The notes: generated from the sequence alone by a model not told the origin. DNA of 51,019 nucleotides from Myxococcales bacterium (GCA_043775605.1 JAYVSF010000623.1:1-51019); one strand, 5' to 3'. Shown: positions 36,640-50,066, counted from the stretch's first letter. A program made the numbers and translations.

Positions 36640-37275
36640 TCAGTGCTCACGCGCGGGCTTGGCGGCCGCGGCCATGAGCTTGTCGGCCACCGTGATCCCG
36701 ATGGCCGACAGGATGAAGACCATGTGGATGATGGTCTGCCACATCACGCCCGCGGAGGTGACGGTCGTGCACGCGGTCAGCGCGGCCTCGGCGGGTCCGG
36801 CGGCCGCCCGGGCCGCGAGGTCGTCCACGGCGCTGCACATCGGCAGCGAGCCGAGGGCGCCGGCCTCGATGAAGGTCTTGAGCAGGTGGATGGACGAGAT
36901 GCCGATGATCGCCATCGCCAGCTTCACCTTGAGCACGCTGGCGTTGACATGGCTCAGCCACTCCGGCTGGTCGGGATGGCCCTGGAGCCTGAGTCGGGAC
37001 ACGAACGTCTCGTAGCCGCCGACGATCACCATCATCAGCAGGTTCGAGATCATCACCACGTCGATCAGCCCGAGGACGATCAGCATGACGTCCTGCTCGC
37101 CGAGGCTGGTGGCGCCGCGCATCAGGTGCCACAGCTCCTTGAGGAACAGGACCACGTACACGCCCTGCGCGACGATCAACCCCAGGTACAGCGGTAGCTG
37201 CAACCACCGCGAGTTGAAGATCAGGCGCGGCAACGGGGTCAGCTCGGGCGTGTCGTTCGTGGGCATCGTCGGCAT
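36640..37275 (-). CDS. yqhA: UPF0114 (YqhA) family inner-membrane protein
   Basis: ORF 36640..37518; ATG 37275. ...[31 protein letters not shown]...[31 protein letters not shown]...[20 protein letters not shown]. Close to E. coli YqhA, from memory. Confidence 0.8.
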   Translation of the reverse strand: MPTMPTNDTPELTPLPRLIFNSRWLQLPLYLGLIVAQGVYVVLFLKELWHLMRGATSLGEQDVMLIVLGLIDVVMISNLLMMVIVGGYETFVSRLRLQGHPDQPEWLSHVNASVLKVKLAMAIIGISSIHLLKTFIEAGALGSLPMCSAVDDLAARAAAGPAEAALTACTTVTSAGVMWQTIIHMVFILSAIGITVADKLMAAAAKPAREH

Positions 37276-37351
37276 GGGTCGGTCCTGGTCAGGGGCACGA
37301 AAGGCTACAGCATGCCCACCGACCGGCCAGGCCCGCCCTGCGATGCACCCG

Positions 37352-40300
37352 TCAGTTCGCCTGGAAGACCATGCGCTCCCAGCCCGGGGCACCGTACAGG
37401 CTATCCGTCGCGCCGCAGCGCCAGCCGGGGAGGAGCCCACCAGCGCTGGCCGTCCAGCACAGCCGCTGATCGGCGGTTCCTCCGGGGTTGCCGTCGAACG
37501 AGCTGTCGACAGTGTCACAGCTCATCAGCGAGACGGGTGCCCCGCTCGGCGCGAAGCCCCAGGACCAGTTGTCGCTGTAGTACCAGCCGACGCCGTTGGC
37601 ATCGTGGGGAAGGCTGTCGCGGCCGGTGAAGTGGAACACGTCGTCCCTGGGCGCGTAGGCGAGCACGGAGAGGTCGGGTGAGCCGTTCGGCCGGCAGGCC
37701 AGCATGAGGTTGTGCCCGCTGCACGCGGCGCGGATCTCCGAGAGCGGGGCGAACTCGTCGGCGTAGGTGTCGCTGAAGCACTGCGTCCAGCCGATCAGGT
37801 CGGCGACCGGCACATTGGTCCTGACGCCCGAGAACGAGTAGCGCGGCACGCAGGCTCCCACCGCGCAGGTCGGTGCCTGATCGCCGCACACGAACCCGCA
37901 CGAGCCGCAGTTGTTCGCGTCGGTGGCAGTCAGCTTGCAGCCGCAACCACACCCGTCGCTGTCGTCGCTGTTCCCGTCATCGCACTGCTCGTCGGGGGTG
38001 ACCACGCCGTCGCCGCAGACCTCCTGTCGGCAATCCAGCGTGCAGCCATCGCCGTTGACGTAGTTGCCGTCGTCGCAGGTCTCGCCGATCGCCGCCTGCA
38101 CGAGCTGGTCGCCGCAGAACTCGGCCACGCAGGTCGCCGAACATCCATCGCCGGACAGCGTGTTGCCGTCATCGCACCCCTCGCTGTTCTCCTGTCGGCC
38201 GTTGCCGCAGATCTCGAGATGGCACAGGTCGTCGCAGCCGTCACCGCGCTCGCGGTTGCCGTCGTCGCACTCCTCGCCGGCCCCCGCCTGGAGCACCCAG
38301 TTCCCGCAGATCTCCTCGCGGCAGGCGCTGTCGCAGCCATCACCGTCGAGCGTGTTGCCATCGTCGCAACCCTCACGGGCCTCGACGCGGCGGTTTCCGC
38401 AGACCTCGGCGAGGCAGGTCGGGCCGCAGCCATCACCCCCAAGGAGGTTGCCGTCGTCGCACTCCTCGAGAACGTCGAGCCGGCTGTTGCCACAGGCCTC
38501 GACGAGGCACGACGCGCTGCAGCCGTCGCCGGCGCGGCTATTGCCGTCGTCGCACGCCTCGTCGGGGTCGACGAGCGCGTTGCCACAAGCCTCGAACAGG
38601 CACGTCGGACCGCAGCCATCGCCCGCCGAGGTGTTGCCATCGTCGCACTGCTCGTCGCCGCGCTGGAACGGGGTCGACACTGCCACACCACCGACCAGCG
38701 CGCCGCCGCAGAGGTCGGGGTTGCGGGTCTCGGCGTCGCCGCCGCCGCCAGCGTCGACGAGCACGATGTCCCTCGACCCGGCGGCGTCGGTCACCGTCAG
38801 CACCGCCCACGACACCAGCGCCACCGAGGTGAAGTCCACCGTGTTCAGGCCGGCGCGAATGGCCGCGGCCTCGGCGGCAGTCGAGACGTAGGTCCGCACA
38901 CCCGGCGTGCAACCGCAGTCGTACGGCACGACCTCGGTGTAGACGCGGACGCCGTTGATGTCGAGCCGGACCTCGACGCCAAAGGGGGCGCAGGTCGTGG
39001 CCAGCCAGGTCAGCGTGAAGGACTGCGTCGGCGGCGCGGCCTCGACGCGCCCGTCACCGCAGGTCGGGTGGACGCAGCCCGCCAGGCCTGGGGCACAGTG
39101 GTCGAGATCGGTCTCGCACGCCCCGCCGCCGAAGCCCGCGGTGCAGGCGCAGGTGAAGCTGTTGACGCCGTCGACGCACTGGCCGCCGTGCTGGCAGGGG
39201 CTGGCGGCGCAGTCGTCGACGTCGATCTCGCAGTGGCCGCCGGTGAAGCCGGGAGCGCACGCGCAGGTGTAGCCGAGCACGGCGTCATGGCAGGTGCCGC
39301 CGCCAAGGCAGGCGTCGACGATGCAGTCGTCGAGGTCGACGTCGCACTGGCCACCGCCGAACCCAGGCGCGCACGAGCAGGTGTAGCCGGCGACGCCGTC
39401 GTTGCAGGTCGCGCCGTTGTGGCAGGGGTTGCCGACGCAGTCATCGACGTTGATCTGACAGTTGCCGCCGGCGAAGCCGGGAACGCACGCACAGGCGTAG
39501 CCGGCGACGCCGTCGATGCAGGTCGCGCCGTTCTGGCAAGGGGCGCCGGCGCAGTCGTCGATCTCGATCTGGCAGTCGGCGCCGCCGTAGCCGGCCGCGC
39601 AGGCGCACGTGTGATCGGCGACGCCGTCGGTGCAGACGCCACCGTGCTGGCAGGGGTTGGGCGCGCAGTCGTTGACGTTGGTCTGGCAGTCGAGCCCGGC
39701 GTAGCCGGCCCCACAAGTGCAGGTGTAGCCGGCGACGCCGTCAGCGCAGGTGCCGTGCTGGCAGGGGTTGGGCGCGCAGTCGTCGACGTCGGTCTGGCAC
39801 GCGTTACCGCCGTAGCCCGCCGGGCATTCGCAGGTGAAGCCGTCGGCGGCGTTGGCGCAGGTGCCGCCGTGCTGGCACGGGTTCGGGCGGCAGTGGTCGT
39901 CGGGGGTCGTGTACGTGATCCGCAGCGCCGGGCGCTGGTTGACCGGTTGCTGCTCGCTGCTGACGATGAGGGTGTGGGCCCGGCCCTGGGTCTCGACGAG
40001 CAACCCGTAGTTGGGTCGGGTACCGTTGACCCAGGACTGGACCAGCGACTTGAGGTCCACGGTCTTGTACGAGTTGCGGTTGGACAGGGCGATGACGCCG
40101 GCGACCGCGGGGTCGAACTGCTGGCTGAAGCTCGCGTAGGTCACGGTGCGCTCGGTCCACGCGTGGGTGACCCTGTGGAGCTTGAGCGGCGCGATCGGGT
40201 GACCTTCGTGATCGCCGTCGTCGCAGTCGTCATCGTCCTCGTCGTCGCCGCCGTTGACGTACAGCGTCAAGGCCGCGCTGGTGAGGACCGCGTTGGCCGG

Positions 40301-40597
40301 GATCGCGCTGACATCGAAGCGGAGCAGCGCCTCGTTCTTCCGGCTGACCCGCAGCTTCTTCTGGTCGCCGTGGTTCTTCCTCGGCTCGGCGGCGCTGATG
40401 AACGTGTCGGCCACCACGCCGGCGGTGCCGCGCTGCACGGTGACCGTGCCGGTCAGCGCCGCGGACGTCGAGCCGAGCTCGTCCGGTGCGTTCATGGCGC
40501 AGGCCACGGCACCCAGCGCGATCAGGGCGAGCCCCGAGGCGGCAGGCGCCAGGCGCGACCGCGGGCGGAGCATCAGGGATCGACGGCGTGGGGCCAT
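37352..40597 (-). CDS. Giant secreted protein: DNRLRE-like N-terminal domain, ~8 tandem calcium-binding EGF-like domains, ~8 Myxococcus-type cysteine-rich repeats (CGN..E.CDDGN...GDGC), and a unique C-terminal domain
   Basis: ORF 37352..40795; ATG 40597 gives [37 protein letters not shown] array (~39090-39905): [36 protein letters not shown] and similar units. Cys-rich repeats (~37940-38665): [29 protein letters not shown] and similar units. Confidence 0.85.
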   Translation of the reverse strand: MAPRRRSLMLRPRSRLAPAASGLALIALGAVACAMNAPDELGSTSAALTGTVTVQRGTAGVVADTFISAAEPRKNHGDQKKLRVSRKNEALLRFDVSAIPANAVLTSAALTLYVNGGDDEDDDDCDDGDHEGHPIAPLKLHRVTHAWTERTVTYASFSQQFDPAVAGVIALSNRNSYKTVDLKSLVQSWVNGTRPNYGLLVETQGRAHTLIVSSEQQPVNQRPALRITYTTPDDHCRPNPCQHGGTCANAADGFTCECPAGYGGNACQTDVDDCAPNPCQHGTCADGVAGYTCTCGAGYAGLDCQTNVNDCAPNPCQHGGVCTDGVADHTCACAAGYGGADCQIEIDDCAGAPCQNGATCIDGVAGYACACVPGFAGGNCQINVDDCVGNPCHNGATCNDGVAGYTCSCAPGFGGGQCDVDLDDCIVDACLGGGTCHDAVLGYTCACAPGFTGGHCEIDVDDCAASPCQHGGQCVDGVNSFTCACTAGFGGGACETDLDHCAPGLAGCVHPTCGDGRVEAAPPTQSFTLTWLATTCAPFGVEVRLDINGVRVYTEVVPYDCGCTPGVRTYVSTAAEAAAIRAGLNTVDFTSVALVSWAVLTVTDAAGSRDIVLVDAGGGGDAETRNPDLCGGALVGGVAVSTPFQRGDEQCDDGNTSAGDGCGPTCLFEACGNALVDPDEACDDGNSRAGDGCSASCLVEACGNSRLDVLEECDDGNLLGGDGCGPTCLAEVCGNRRVEAREGCDDGNTLDGDGCDSACREEICGNWVLQAGAGEECDDGNRERGDGCDDLCHLEICGNGRQENSEGCDDGNTLSGDGCSATCVAEFCGDQLVQAAIGETCDDGNYVNGDGCTLDCRQEVCGDGVVTPDEQCDDGNSDDSDGCGCGCKLTATDANNCGSCGFVCGDQAPTCAVGACVPRYSFSGVRTNVPVADLIGWTQCFSDTYADEFAPLSEIRAACSGHNLMLACRPNGSPDLSVLAYAPRDDVFHFTGRDSLPHDANGVGWYYSDNWSWGFAPSGAPVSLMSCDTVDSSFDGNPGGTADQRLCWTASAGGLLPGWRCGATDSLYGAPGWERMVFQAN

Positions 40598-40724
40598 GGA
40601 CCGTGATGCGTCGCCGCCGCCCGAATCCCACCAGCGAATCGAAAATTCAGCCGAGAAGGGTCCGACTCGCCCGCGCCGGTGACCGGTCGCTCCCCTGGCG
40701 GCCGGGCTTGACCGCGCAGTCGCG

Positions 40725-41303
40725 GTGCGGTCCGCTGCGACCGTGAGCGCTAGGACCGTGACGCTGTTGCTGCGCGACTGGCGCGCCGGGGACAAGGGCG
40801 CGCTCGATGACCTGGTGCCGATGGTCTATGGCGAGCTGCGCAAGCTCGCGAGCGGGTACCTGCGCGGCGAGCGGGTCGGGCATACGTTCCGGCCGACGGA
40901 CCTGGTGTCGGAGGCCTACGTGCGGCTCGCCGATGGCACGCCGCCCGACTGGAACGATCGGGTGCACTTCTTCGCGATCGCGGCCCGCACCATGCGGCAG
41001 ATCCTGGTCGATCACGCGCGCAAGCGGGGCGCGGCCAAGCGCGGCGACGGCGCGGTGCCGGTGACGCTCGACGAGGAGATGGTCGGCGAGGCCCGGCCCG
41101 AGGCGCTGCTGGCGCTCGACGAGGCGCTGCTCGCGCTCGAGCAGCTCGACGAGCGGAAGGCGCGCACGGTCGAGCTGCACTACTTCGGCGGGATGACGCA
41201 CGACGAGATCGCGGCCAGCCTCGACGTCCACGTCAACACCGTGCTGCGGGATCTCAAGTTCGCGAAGGCGTGGATCCACCGCAGGCTGAGCGGGCAGGAC
41301 TGA
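40725..41303 (+). CDS. ECF sigma factor of the kinase-associated type (TIGR02999-like)
   Basis: ORF 40725..41303 (GTG; GTG 40743 is an alternative). VTLLLRDWRAGDKGALDDLVPMVYGELRKLASGYLRGERVGHTFRPTDLVSEAYVRL...FFAIAARTMRQILVDHARKR...RTVELHYFGGMTHDEIAASLDVHVNTVLRDLKFAKAWI. Confidence 0.85.
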   Translation: MRSAATVSARTVTLLLRDWRAGDKGALDDLVPMVYGELRKLASGYLRGERVGHTFRPTDLVSEAYVRLADGTPPDWNDRVHFFAIAARTMRQILVDHARKRGAAKRGDGAVPVTLDEEMVGEARPEALLALDEALLALEQLDERKARTVELHYFGGMTHDEIAASLDVHVNTVLRDLKFAKAWIHRRLSGQD

Positions 41304-41326
41304 CGCGTCGCGATCACGCCTCGCCG

Positions 41327-44683
<3,357 letters not shown>

Positions 44684-44743
44684 CGCCGTGACCTCGGTAC
44701 CACGCCCTCGCGGCCGACGGTGGTCACGGCTCGCTACGGCTCG

Positions 44744-46111
44744 CTACTTGGAGGTGTCGGCGAGGCGCGCGGCCGCCACGGGCTCGCCGGTGAAGGTGCG
44801 CAGGAGCGCGACGAGGTCGGCGCGCTGGGCCGCGGTCAGCCCGAGCGGGCGAAGCAGCGGGTCCTTGGTGACGCCCGCGGCGACCTCGCCGCCGCCAGCG
44901 TCGTAGAAGGCGACCACGTCCTCGAGCGTGGCGAGCTGTCCGCTGTGCATGTAGGGGCCCGAGGTCGCGACGTTGCGGAGGATCGGGGTGCGGAACGCGC
45001 CGCGCTGCAGGTCGGCCTGGGCGAGGCCGGTGAGGCGTCCGGTGGTGCGGTCGTCGCTCCACGGACCATCGCTGTTGAAGGGACTGGCCAGCAGCGCGGG
45101 CAGGTCCTGGTAGCGGCCGAGGTCGGCGGCGGGCACGCCGGTGCCGGTCTGCGCGACGCCGAGGGCGTGGAAGCGCCCGTCGGTGAAGCTGGGGCCGGCG
45201 TGGCACGGCGCGCACGCGGTGAGGAAGGTGCGCGCGCCGCGCTGCGCGGACCGACTGATCGCGGTGTCGTCGCCGGCGACGAAGCGGTCGAACGGTGCGT
45301 CGCGACTGACCAGCGTGCGCGTGTACGCGGCCAGCGCCTTGCCGTAGTTGACCCAGATCCGCAGCACGAGCTGGCGGTCGGCGTCGGCCATCAGCTCCCA
45401 CGGCCCATCGGGGTCGGCGGCGCCGGCCTTGGGTCGTCCGCTCGGCGGGAAGCGCGCGGCGTCGGCCGCGGTCGGATCGAGCGCGGCGTCGAGCGGCACC
45501 GAAAAGGCGGCGTCGTACTCGGCGCGGTACTTGGCGCGCAGCAGGTGGGCGATCTGCAGGCGCGTGCTGCGCATGGTCGCCGGGTTCTCCGAGACCGCGA
45601 GCGGCAACGACCACTGCGAGTCGAAGCGTCCGCCCCAGTTGGTCCAGGCCTGGAATGACGAGTTGATCAGGCCGAGCGCGTTGCGGGTGCCGTAGCCGGT
45701 GCCGAGCGAGATGTGGTTGGGGTGCGAACGCTGATCGTCGAGAGCGCCGCTGCCGACGCCGTGGCAGCTCTGGCAGGCGACCTTGCCGGTGTCGCCGACC
45801 CGGCCGAGGCCGCCATTGCTGCCGTCATCACCGACGGCGAGCGGCCCGGCGTAGCTCTTGTCGAAGAACAGCATCTGACCGAGGCGCGCCGCGGCGGCGC
45901 TGTCGGCGAACGCGTTGGTCGGATCGGCCGGGACCGCCGGCAGCGGCGACAGCGTCGCGAGCATCGCCCGCTCCGCGGCGGTCAGCTGACCGGGGTCGGC
46001 GTCGGGGCTGGCGTCGACGGTCGGCGCGGCGTCGACGGCATCGGTGGGCCGGTCGTCGCCGCAGCTCGCCAGCAAGGTCGCCCAGGCCAGATAGTGAATC
46101 GTGATCCTCAT
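44744..46111 (-). CDS. Di-haem cytochrome c peroxidase family protein (CCP/MauG-like) lipoprotein
   Basis: ORF 44744..46111 (ATG, SD AGGAGGGA upstream). Lipobox LLASCG. Two CxxCH motifs (CQSCH, CAPCH). PYMHSG near the C-terminus. Confidence 0.85.
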   Translation of the reverse strand: MRITIHYLAWATLLASCGDDRPTDAVDAAPTVDASPDADPGQLTAAERAMLATLSPLPAVPADPTNAFADSAAAARLGQMLFFDKSYAGPLAVGDDGSNGGLGRVGDTGKVACQSCHGVGSGALDDQRSHPNHISLGTGYGTRNALGLINSSFQAWTNWGGRFDSQWSLPLAVSENPATMRSTRLQIAHLLRAKYRAEYDAAFSVPLDAALDPTAADAARFPPSGRPKAGAADPDGPWELMADADRQLVLRIWVNYGKALAAYTRTLVSRDAPFDRFVAGDDTAISRSAQRGARTFLTACAPCHAGPSFTDGRFHALGVAQTGTGVPAADLGRYQDLPALLASPFNSDGPWSDDRTTGRLTGLAQADLQRGAFRTPILRNVATSGPYMHSGQLATLEDVVAFYDAGGGEVAAGVTKDPLLRPLGLTAAQRADLVALLRTFTGEPVAAARLADTSK

Positions 46112-46281
46112 GGTCCCTCCTGCTGACGCATGCGTCGGCCGCGGCCAGATCCCACCAGCAAAGATCGATGGGCTTCGTCATGGGGGCCAGCGGGGGTCCA
46201 GCGGTGGGCATCGTTGCCGCGGCGGCGATTCATGGTGGGGTTCGCCGTCGTCTCACGCATGTCGAGGCGGAGGACACGACG

Positions 46282-46512
46282 ATGAAGACGCTGATCGTGG
46301 GAGTGATGGCGATGGTGTTTGCCGGGTGTGCAGGCGCACGGCCGATTCAGGCGACGCCCCAGCAGCGCGCGCGGGCGGCGACCCTGATGATCTTTGGCGG
46401 CACGGTGCACGACGTGGCGACCGAGCTGGCGGTGAGCGACACCGACGCGCGTCGGCTGGTGCGGGCGACGATCAAGGAGTTGATGCGCGGCCTGCGGCAC
46501 AACTACGAGTAG
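46282..46512 (+). CDS. Small lipoprotein (76 aa), unknown function
   Basis: In frame with ORF 46168..46512; ATG 46282 gives MKTLIVGVMAMVFAGCAG (lipobox). No recognisable domain. Confidence 0.45.
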   Translation: MKTLIVGVMAMVFAGCAGARPIQATPQQRARAATLMIFGGTVHDVATELAVSDTDARRLVRATIKELMRGLRHNYE

Positions 46513-46623
46513 AGGCCGTCGCAGCAGGCAGCTCGAAGGCTCGGCCCGGTCGAAAAGGAGGACCTGCACCTGGCGCACCGGCTGCCGCCGTCGCGGACGA
46601 CGACGGAACGGGCGGCCAAGCGG

Positions 46624-47330
46624 GTGGCGCAGCGGGGCCAACAGCAGCAGCGACGAATCGAGGCCGACGTACGCCGCGCGGAGGTCCTCCCCGAGGGGGC
46701 GCACGCGATCCACGCCGGCCTCGACCGCACGTCGGCGCCGATGGCCGAACCGGCGGTGCCGCCGGTCAAGCCGCCGCGCCGGCGACACGACAAGCCCTAC
46801 GTGCGCAAGGTTCCCGATCCCATCAGGGTGCGGATCTTCCTGGACGACGTGAAACCGGTGCGATTTTCGGGTGATGGCGATCGTTCGACGATGAAGCGGG
46901 GCCCCAGCGGCGGTAGGTATGCGGTTGCGAGACCCATATCTACCAACGCCAGAAAGCCCCGAGGCCTCTCGAGCCTGGATCCGCTCGACGCCGAGCTGAA
47001 CCTCCCCGCCGAGCGGTACTCGCATGGCGTCCGCCGGCGCGTGGCGCAGGAGGCCACCCGGGGCTCGTTCGACGACGCCGTCGAGGCGGTGGCGACGACG
47101 ACCGGCGCGCACCTGCCGAAGCGGCAAGCCGAGGCGCTGGTCGTCGCCGCCGCTGCGGACTTCGAGAGCTTCTACCGGGAGCGCGAGGTGGCGACCCGGC
47201 GCGAGGTGCGCGCCACCAGTGGGGTGTTGGTGCTCACCACCGACGCCCAGGGCGTGGTGATGCGGAAGTCGTCGCTGCGGCCGGCGACGCAGCGCGCCGC
47301 GGCGAAGCAGCCCAAGCTGAAGCGCCGGCT
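46624..47330 (+). pseudogene. ISKra4-family transposase gene, 5' portion only (3' truncated)
   Basis: ORF 46624..47532: LDAELNLPAERYSHGVRRRVAQEATRGSFDDAVEAVATTTGAHLPKRQAEALVVAAAADFESFY...VLVLTTDAQGVVMRKSSLRPAT...KLKRRLA. Similarity stops where the 68-bp repeat starts at 47331. The 5' boundary is uncertain. Confidence 0.6.
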
Positions 47331-47399
47331 GGCGCATCAACGCGGTTTGGGCGCCCGCGGGGGGCGGCCGCGAGTTCGGGGGCATTCACGGCGGTGGTC
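47331..47399 (+). repeat. Copy 1 of a 68/69-bp direct repeat (GGCGCATCAACGCGGTTTGGGCGCCCGCGGGG...GGCGGTGGTC)
   Basis: Matches 49999-50066 with one extra G and one substitution. A further shared block (CAGGGCGCCGGTG) follows after a 35-bp insert present only in this copy. Confidence 0.85.
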
Positions 47400-48151
47400 T
47401 CGGCCCGGTCGGACACGTGAGGGAGCGTACGTAGATCAGGGCGCCGGTGGGACCGCGGACGAGCCGAGGGCCTGCCACGTGCGCGCGGACGTAGGGACGG
47501 AGGCGAGTGCGGGCGCCTACGCGGGATCGTAGGCGTCGAGGTCCGGGAGCGGGTCGCAGCCGGTGGGCCAGAAGAGGAACTGGGGCGGGGCGCGAGCGGG
47601 GGCGACCGCGGGTGGCTCGGTGGGGAGGTCGAGGTGGGTGAGTAGAAGGGATCGAGCACGACCTGATTCTTGCCGTCGACGAAGCTCCAGCCGGTGCCCT
47701 CGGGCTTGACCAGCGCCAGGCCCGAGCGACCGCGTCGGGGCGCTCGCCGCTGGCGCGGATGCGGAGCCCGAGCCGGGTCGCGGCGACCGCGCCGATCACC
47801 ACCAGCGTCGGCCTCGATCGCAAGACCTTCGAGCAGTGGCAGGACCACCTCCGCACCGGCGCCCCGCTGCCCGCCGACTTCGACCGCAAGAACCTCGTCC
47901 CGCCCTTCGAGCGACGCGACCGCGAGGCCGACATGGCCCACGCCTACCACCACTTCGCCCGCACCCTCGCGAAGGGCAGCGCCTGATCCGCGCGACTCCT
48001 CGGCCGCTGCGGCCCATCTCGGCGTCACCCGACACGGGTGATGGCCGTCGTCATTGTTCCGATGGATAGTCGTCCCGAGAGGCCCATCCGCTCGTCGGCG
48101 AGGCTGGCGTAGTCGTGGCGGCGGCTAGCAGTCTCCACCTGGAGGATTTCC

Positions 48152-48904
48152 ATGAGGACGCGAGCCTGGATCGTCGTTGGCAGCCTGGTCGCCGTGACCG
48201 GGGCCCTGACCGTGTACGCCGCTGGCGGCACGAAGAAGACCGCGGAGACGTGCAGCGTCGATGACGACTGCGCCCGCGGCCACTGCCACACCAAGGAGGA
48301 CGGCGACAAGGTCTGCGTCGACTGCAGCGCGTCGGACATCAGCGACTACCGCGGGCAGATCAAGCGCAACTGCAAGGAAGAGCCGCGGTCGTGTACGAGC
48401 GGCGTGCCCCAGACCCCGGAGGTCGCAGAGGAGTACTTCACGGTCAGGATCGACAACGGCGACCGCTGTGTCAGGGCACGCGATGACGAGAACCGGCGCT
48501 GCTGGGACGGCGGCAACCAGGGGCACAAGGACGCCGTCGATCAGGCCGGGGCCGCTCGCAAGAACTGCTACGACGAGCTCAACACGCGCCGCGGCGACGG
48601 CCGGCTCTACACCTGCTCCGACTCGACCTACGGCTCGCGCGCCGACGACGTCGACCGCGCGTGCAGCAGCTACGGCCAGGCCTGCGAGTCGTGGTCGAAG
48701 GACGACGCCGAGGTCTCCTGCCGCGACCTCGAGGACGCGATGGAGAAGGCCGACAAGTGTGTCGATGCCGTGGAGCGGCTCGACAGCGACTGCTTGCCTC
48801 GGCTGAGCTCCCGACGCGAGTCGCAGTTCGGCAAGGCCAAGAAGGCCTACGACTACTGCAAGGAAGTGCTGACCTACAAGAAGGACAAGAGCCTGTGCAA
48901 GTAG
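48152..48904 (+). CDS. Cysteine-rich secreted or membrane-anchored protein (18 Cys), unknown function
   Basis: ORF 48152..48904. ATG is preceded by GGAGGA with 7-nt spacing. N-terminal hydrophobic segment: MRTRAWIVVGSLVAVTGALTVYAAG. Lys/Asp/Cys-rich mature part. Confidence 0.7.
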   Translation: MRTRAWIVVGSLVAVTGALTVYAAGGTKKTAETCSVDDDCARGHCHTKEDGDKVCVDCSASDISDYRGQIKRNCKEEPRSCTSGVPQTPEVAEEYFTVRIDNGDRCVRARDDENRRCWDGGNQGHKDAVDQAGAARKNCYDELNTRRGDGRLYTCSDSTYGSRADDVDRACSSYGQACESWSKDDAEVSCRDLEDAMEKADKCVDAVERLDSDCLPRLSSRRESQFGKAKKAYDYCKEVLTYKKDKSLCK

Positions 48905-49395
48905 GCCCCCTCGACAAGGAGCACGTCCGCGCCGAGATCCGCGCTGCGTTCGCGATCGTGGAGGCACCGACGGCGGTGCCCGAGATGCTGTATGAAGCGT
49001 ACCGCACGAGCGAGGACGCGTGGGAGATGGCGGCCTCGTTCGCCGGTCGCCCGTGGGCCGACCTGGCGGTGCGCGAGCTCTTCTATCACCGGGAGATGCT
49101 CATCGCCCTCAGCCCGCCGGCCTATCGCGCGTACCTGCCGGCCTACCTCGACGCAGCCGTGGCGAGCGACGAAGCCGGCGACAAGTACGGTCCCGACCTC
49201 CGCGAGTACCTGCTCTCGACGCTCAAGGTGTGGCCGCACCAGAGCGCCTACGTGGCGGCCGCGACACCGGAGCGCCTCGCCACGCTCGACGTTCGCCAGC
49301 GCGCCGCGGTCGAGCAGGTCTTGCGCTATCTCGTCGCCCGCTGGGACGCCAGAGACGCCGCCGAGGTTCTGGCCGCCTGGCTCGCCGCCCCCTGA
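48895..49395 (+). CDS. Small cytoplasmic protein, overlapping and probably translationally coupled to the Cys-rich gene (possible immunity-type partner)
   Basis: Last 166 codons of ORF 48661..49395. GTG 48895 overlaps the upstream gene by 10 nt. ...ELFYHREMLIALSPPAYRAYLPAYLDAAV... No signal peptide. Confidence 0.55.
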   Translation: MQVGPLDKEHVRAEIRAAFAIVEAPTAVPEMLYEAYRTSEDAWEMAASFAGRPWADLAVRELFYHREMLIALSPPAYRAYLPAYLDAAVASDEAGDKYGPDLREYLLSTLKVWPHQSAYVAAATPERLATLDVRQRAAVEQVLRYLVARWDARDAAEVLAAWLAAP

Positions 49396-49470
49396 CCCCC
49401 GCGACATGAGCCATCCGGGCGAACCGGCGGCGGGGTACCTTCGACAGCGGACTGGGCTTACTCGGTCGGC

Positions 49471-49510
49471 AAGAGCCTCGGTTGCTAGCGAGCCGGGGCT
49501 CTTCGTTTTT
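49471..49510 (+). terminator. Intrinsic terminator-like hairpin with a T-tract
   Basis: AAGAGCCTCGG-ttgctagcgag-CCGGGGCTCTT followed by CGTTTTT. The 11-bp stem includes one G-U pair. It lies 76 nt downstream of the stop at 49395. Confidence 0.6.
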
Positions 49511-49761
49511 CGGATGGGTGCAGCTCTTCTTGGACGACGTTGATCATGGGACCAGCCTCAGGTGGCTGGGGCGCGGCTTTCCCGTCGAGCGAGCCGCGCC
49601 ACCGGTGGTCGGATGGATGACGCGCGGGACCGGACCGGCGTAGGCCATCTCGTGGTTGAGCGTGTGCTCCGGTCGTGTCCCTATAGTTGTGTAGAAGCCG
49701 GTTTCTTGGGCCCCAAGAAAAGAAGGGGGAACCTCTTGGTTACGACACCGAGGAGGACCCC

Positions 49762-49998
49762 TTGAAGAAATCAGAACGACTCCTTCGCGACCAGGCTACC
49801 CAGCTCGTGATCCCAACGCAAGAAGACTTCCAACTCGACCTCGCTGGCCGGTGCCGGCAGGCGGTCCGGCGCACCATCCAGGTGGTGCTCGACGAGGAGC
49901 TGGACCGCCTGGTCGGCGCCGGGCCGTACCAGCGGTCGGATCAGCGCGTCGACGTCCGCAACGGCGCCTACGACCGCCGCGTGGTCACCGGAGCATAA
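49762..49998 (+). pseudogene. IS256-family (Mutator-type) transposase gene, first ~78 codons only
   Basis: In frame with ORF 49687..49998. TTG 49762 is preceded by AGGAGG. LKKSERLLRDQATQLVIPTQEDFQLDLAGRCRQAVRRTIQVVLDEELDRLVGAGPYQRSDQRVDVRNGAYDRRVVTG. It is then cut off by the 68-bp repeat at 49999. Confidence 0.65.
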
Positions 49999-50066
49999 GG
50001 CGCATCAACGCGGTTTGGGCGCCCGCGGGGGCGGCCGCGAGTTCGGGGGCATTCCCGGCGGTGGTC
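49999..50066 (+). repeat. Copy 2 of the 68/69-bp direct repeat
   Basis: See 47331-47399. Confidence 0.85.

Noticed and set aside
44727-44746. Tandem 10-bp duplication CGGCTCGCTA x2 at the peroxidase stop, and an 11-bp duplication CGATCGCACGC x2 at 10902-10923.
   Set aside because: These are probably simple slippage duplications in intergenic DNA, with no further copies or associated structure seen. Noted only for completeness.
47331-47399. Resemblance of the 68-bp repeat to 5S rRNA (ATGCC..CGAACTC and GGTGGTC-like strings).
   Set aside because: The matching strings lie in mutually inconsistent orientations relative to real 5S rRNA and are short. This is most likely coincidence.
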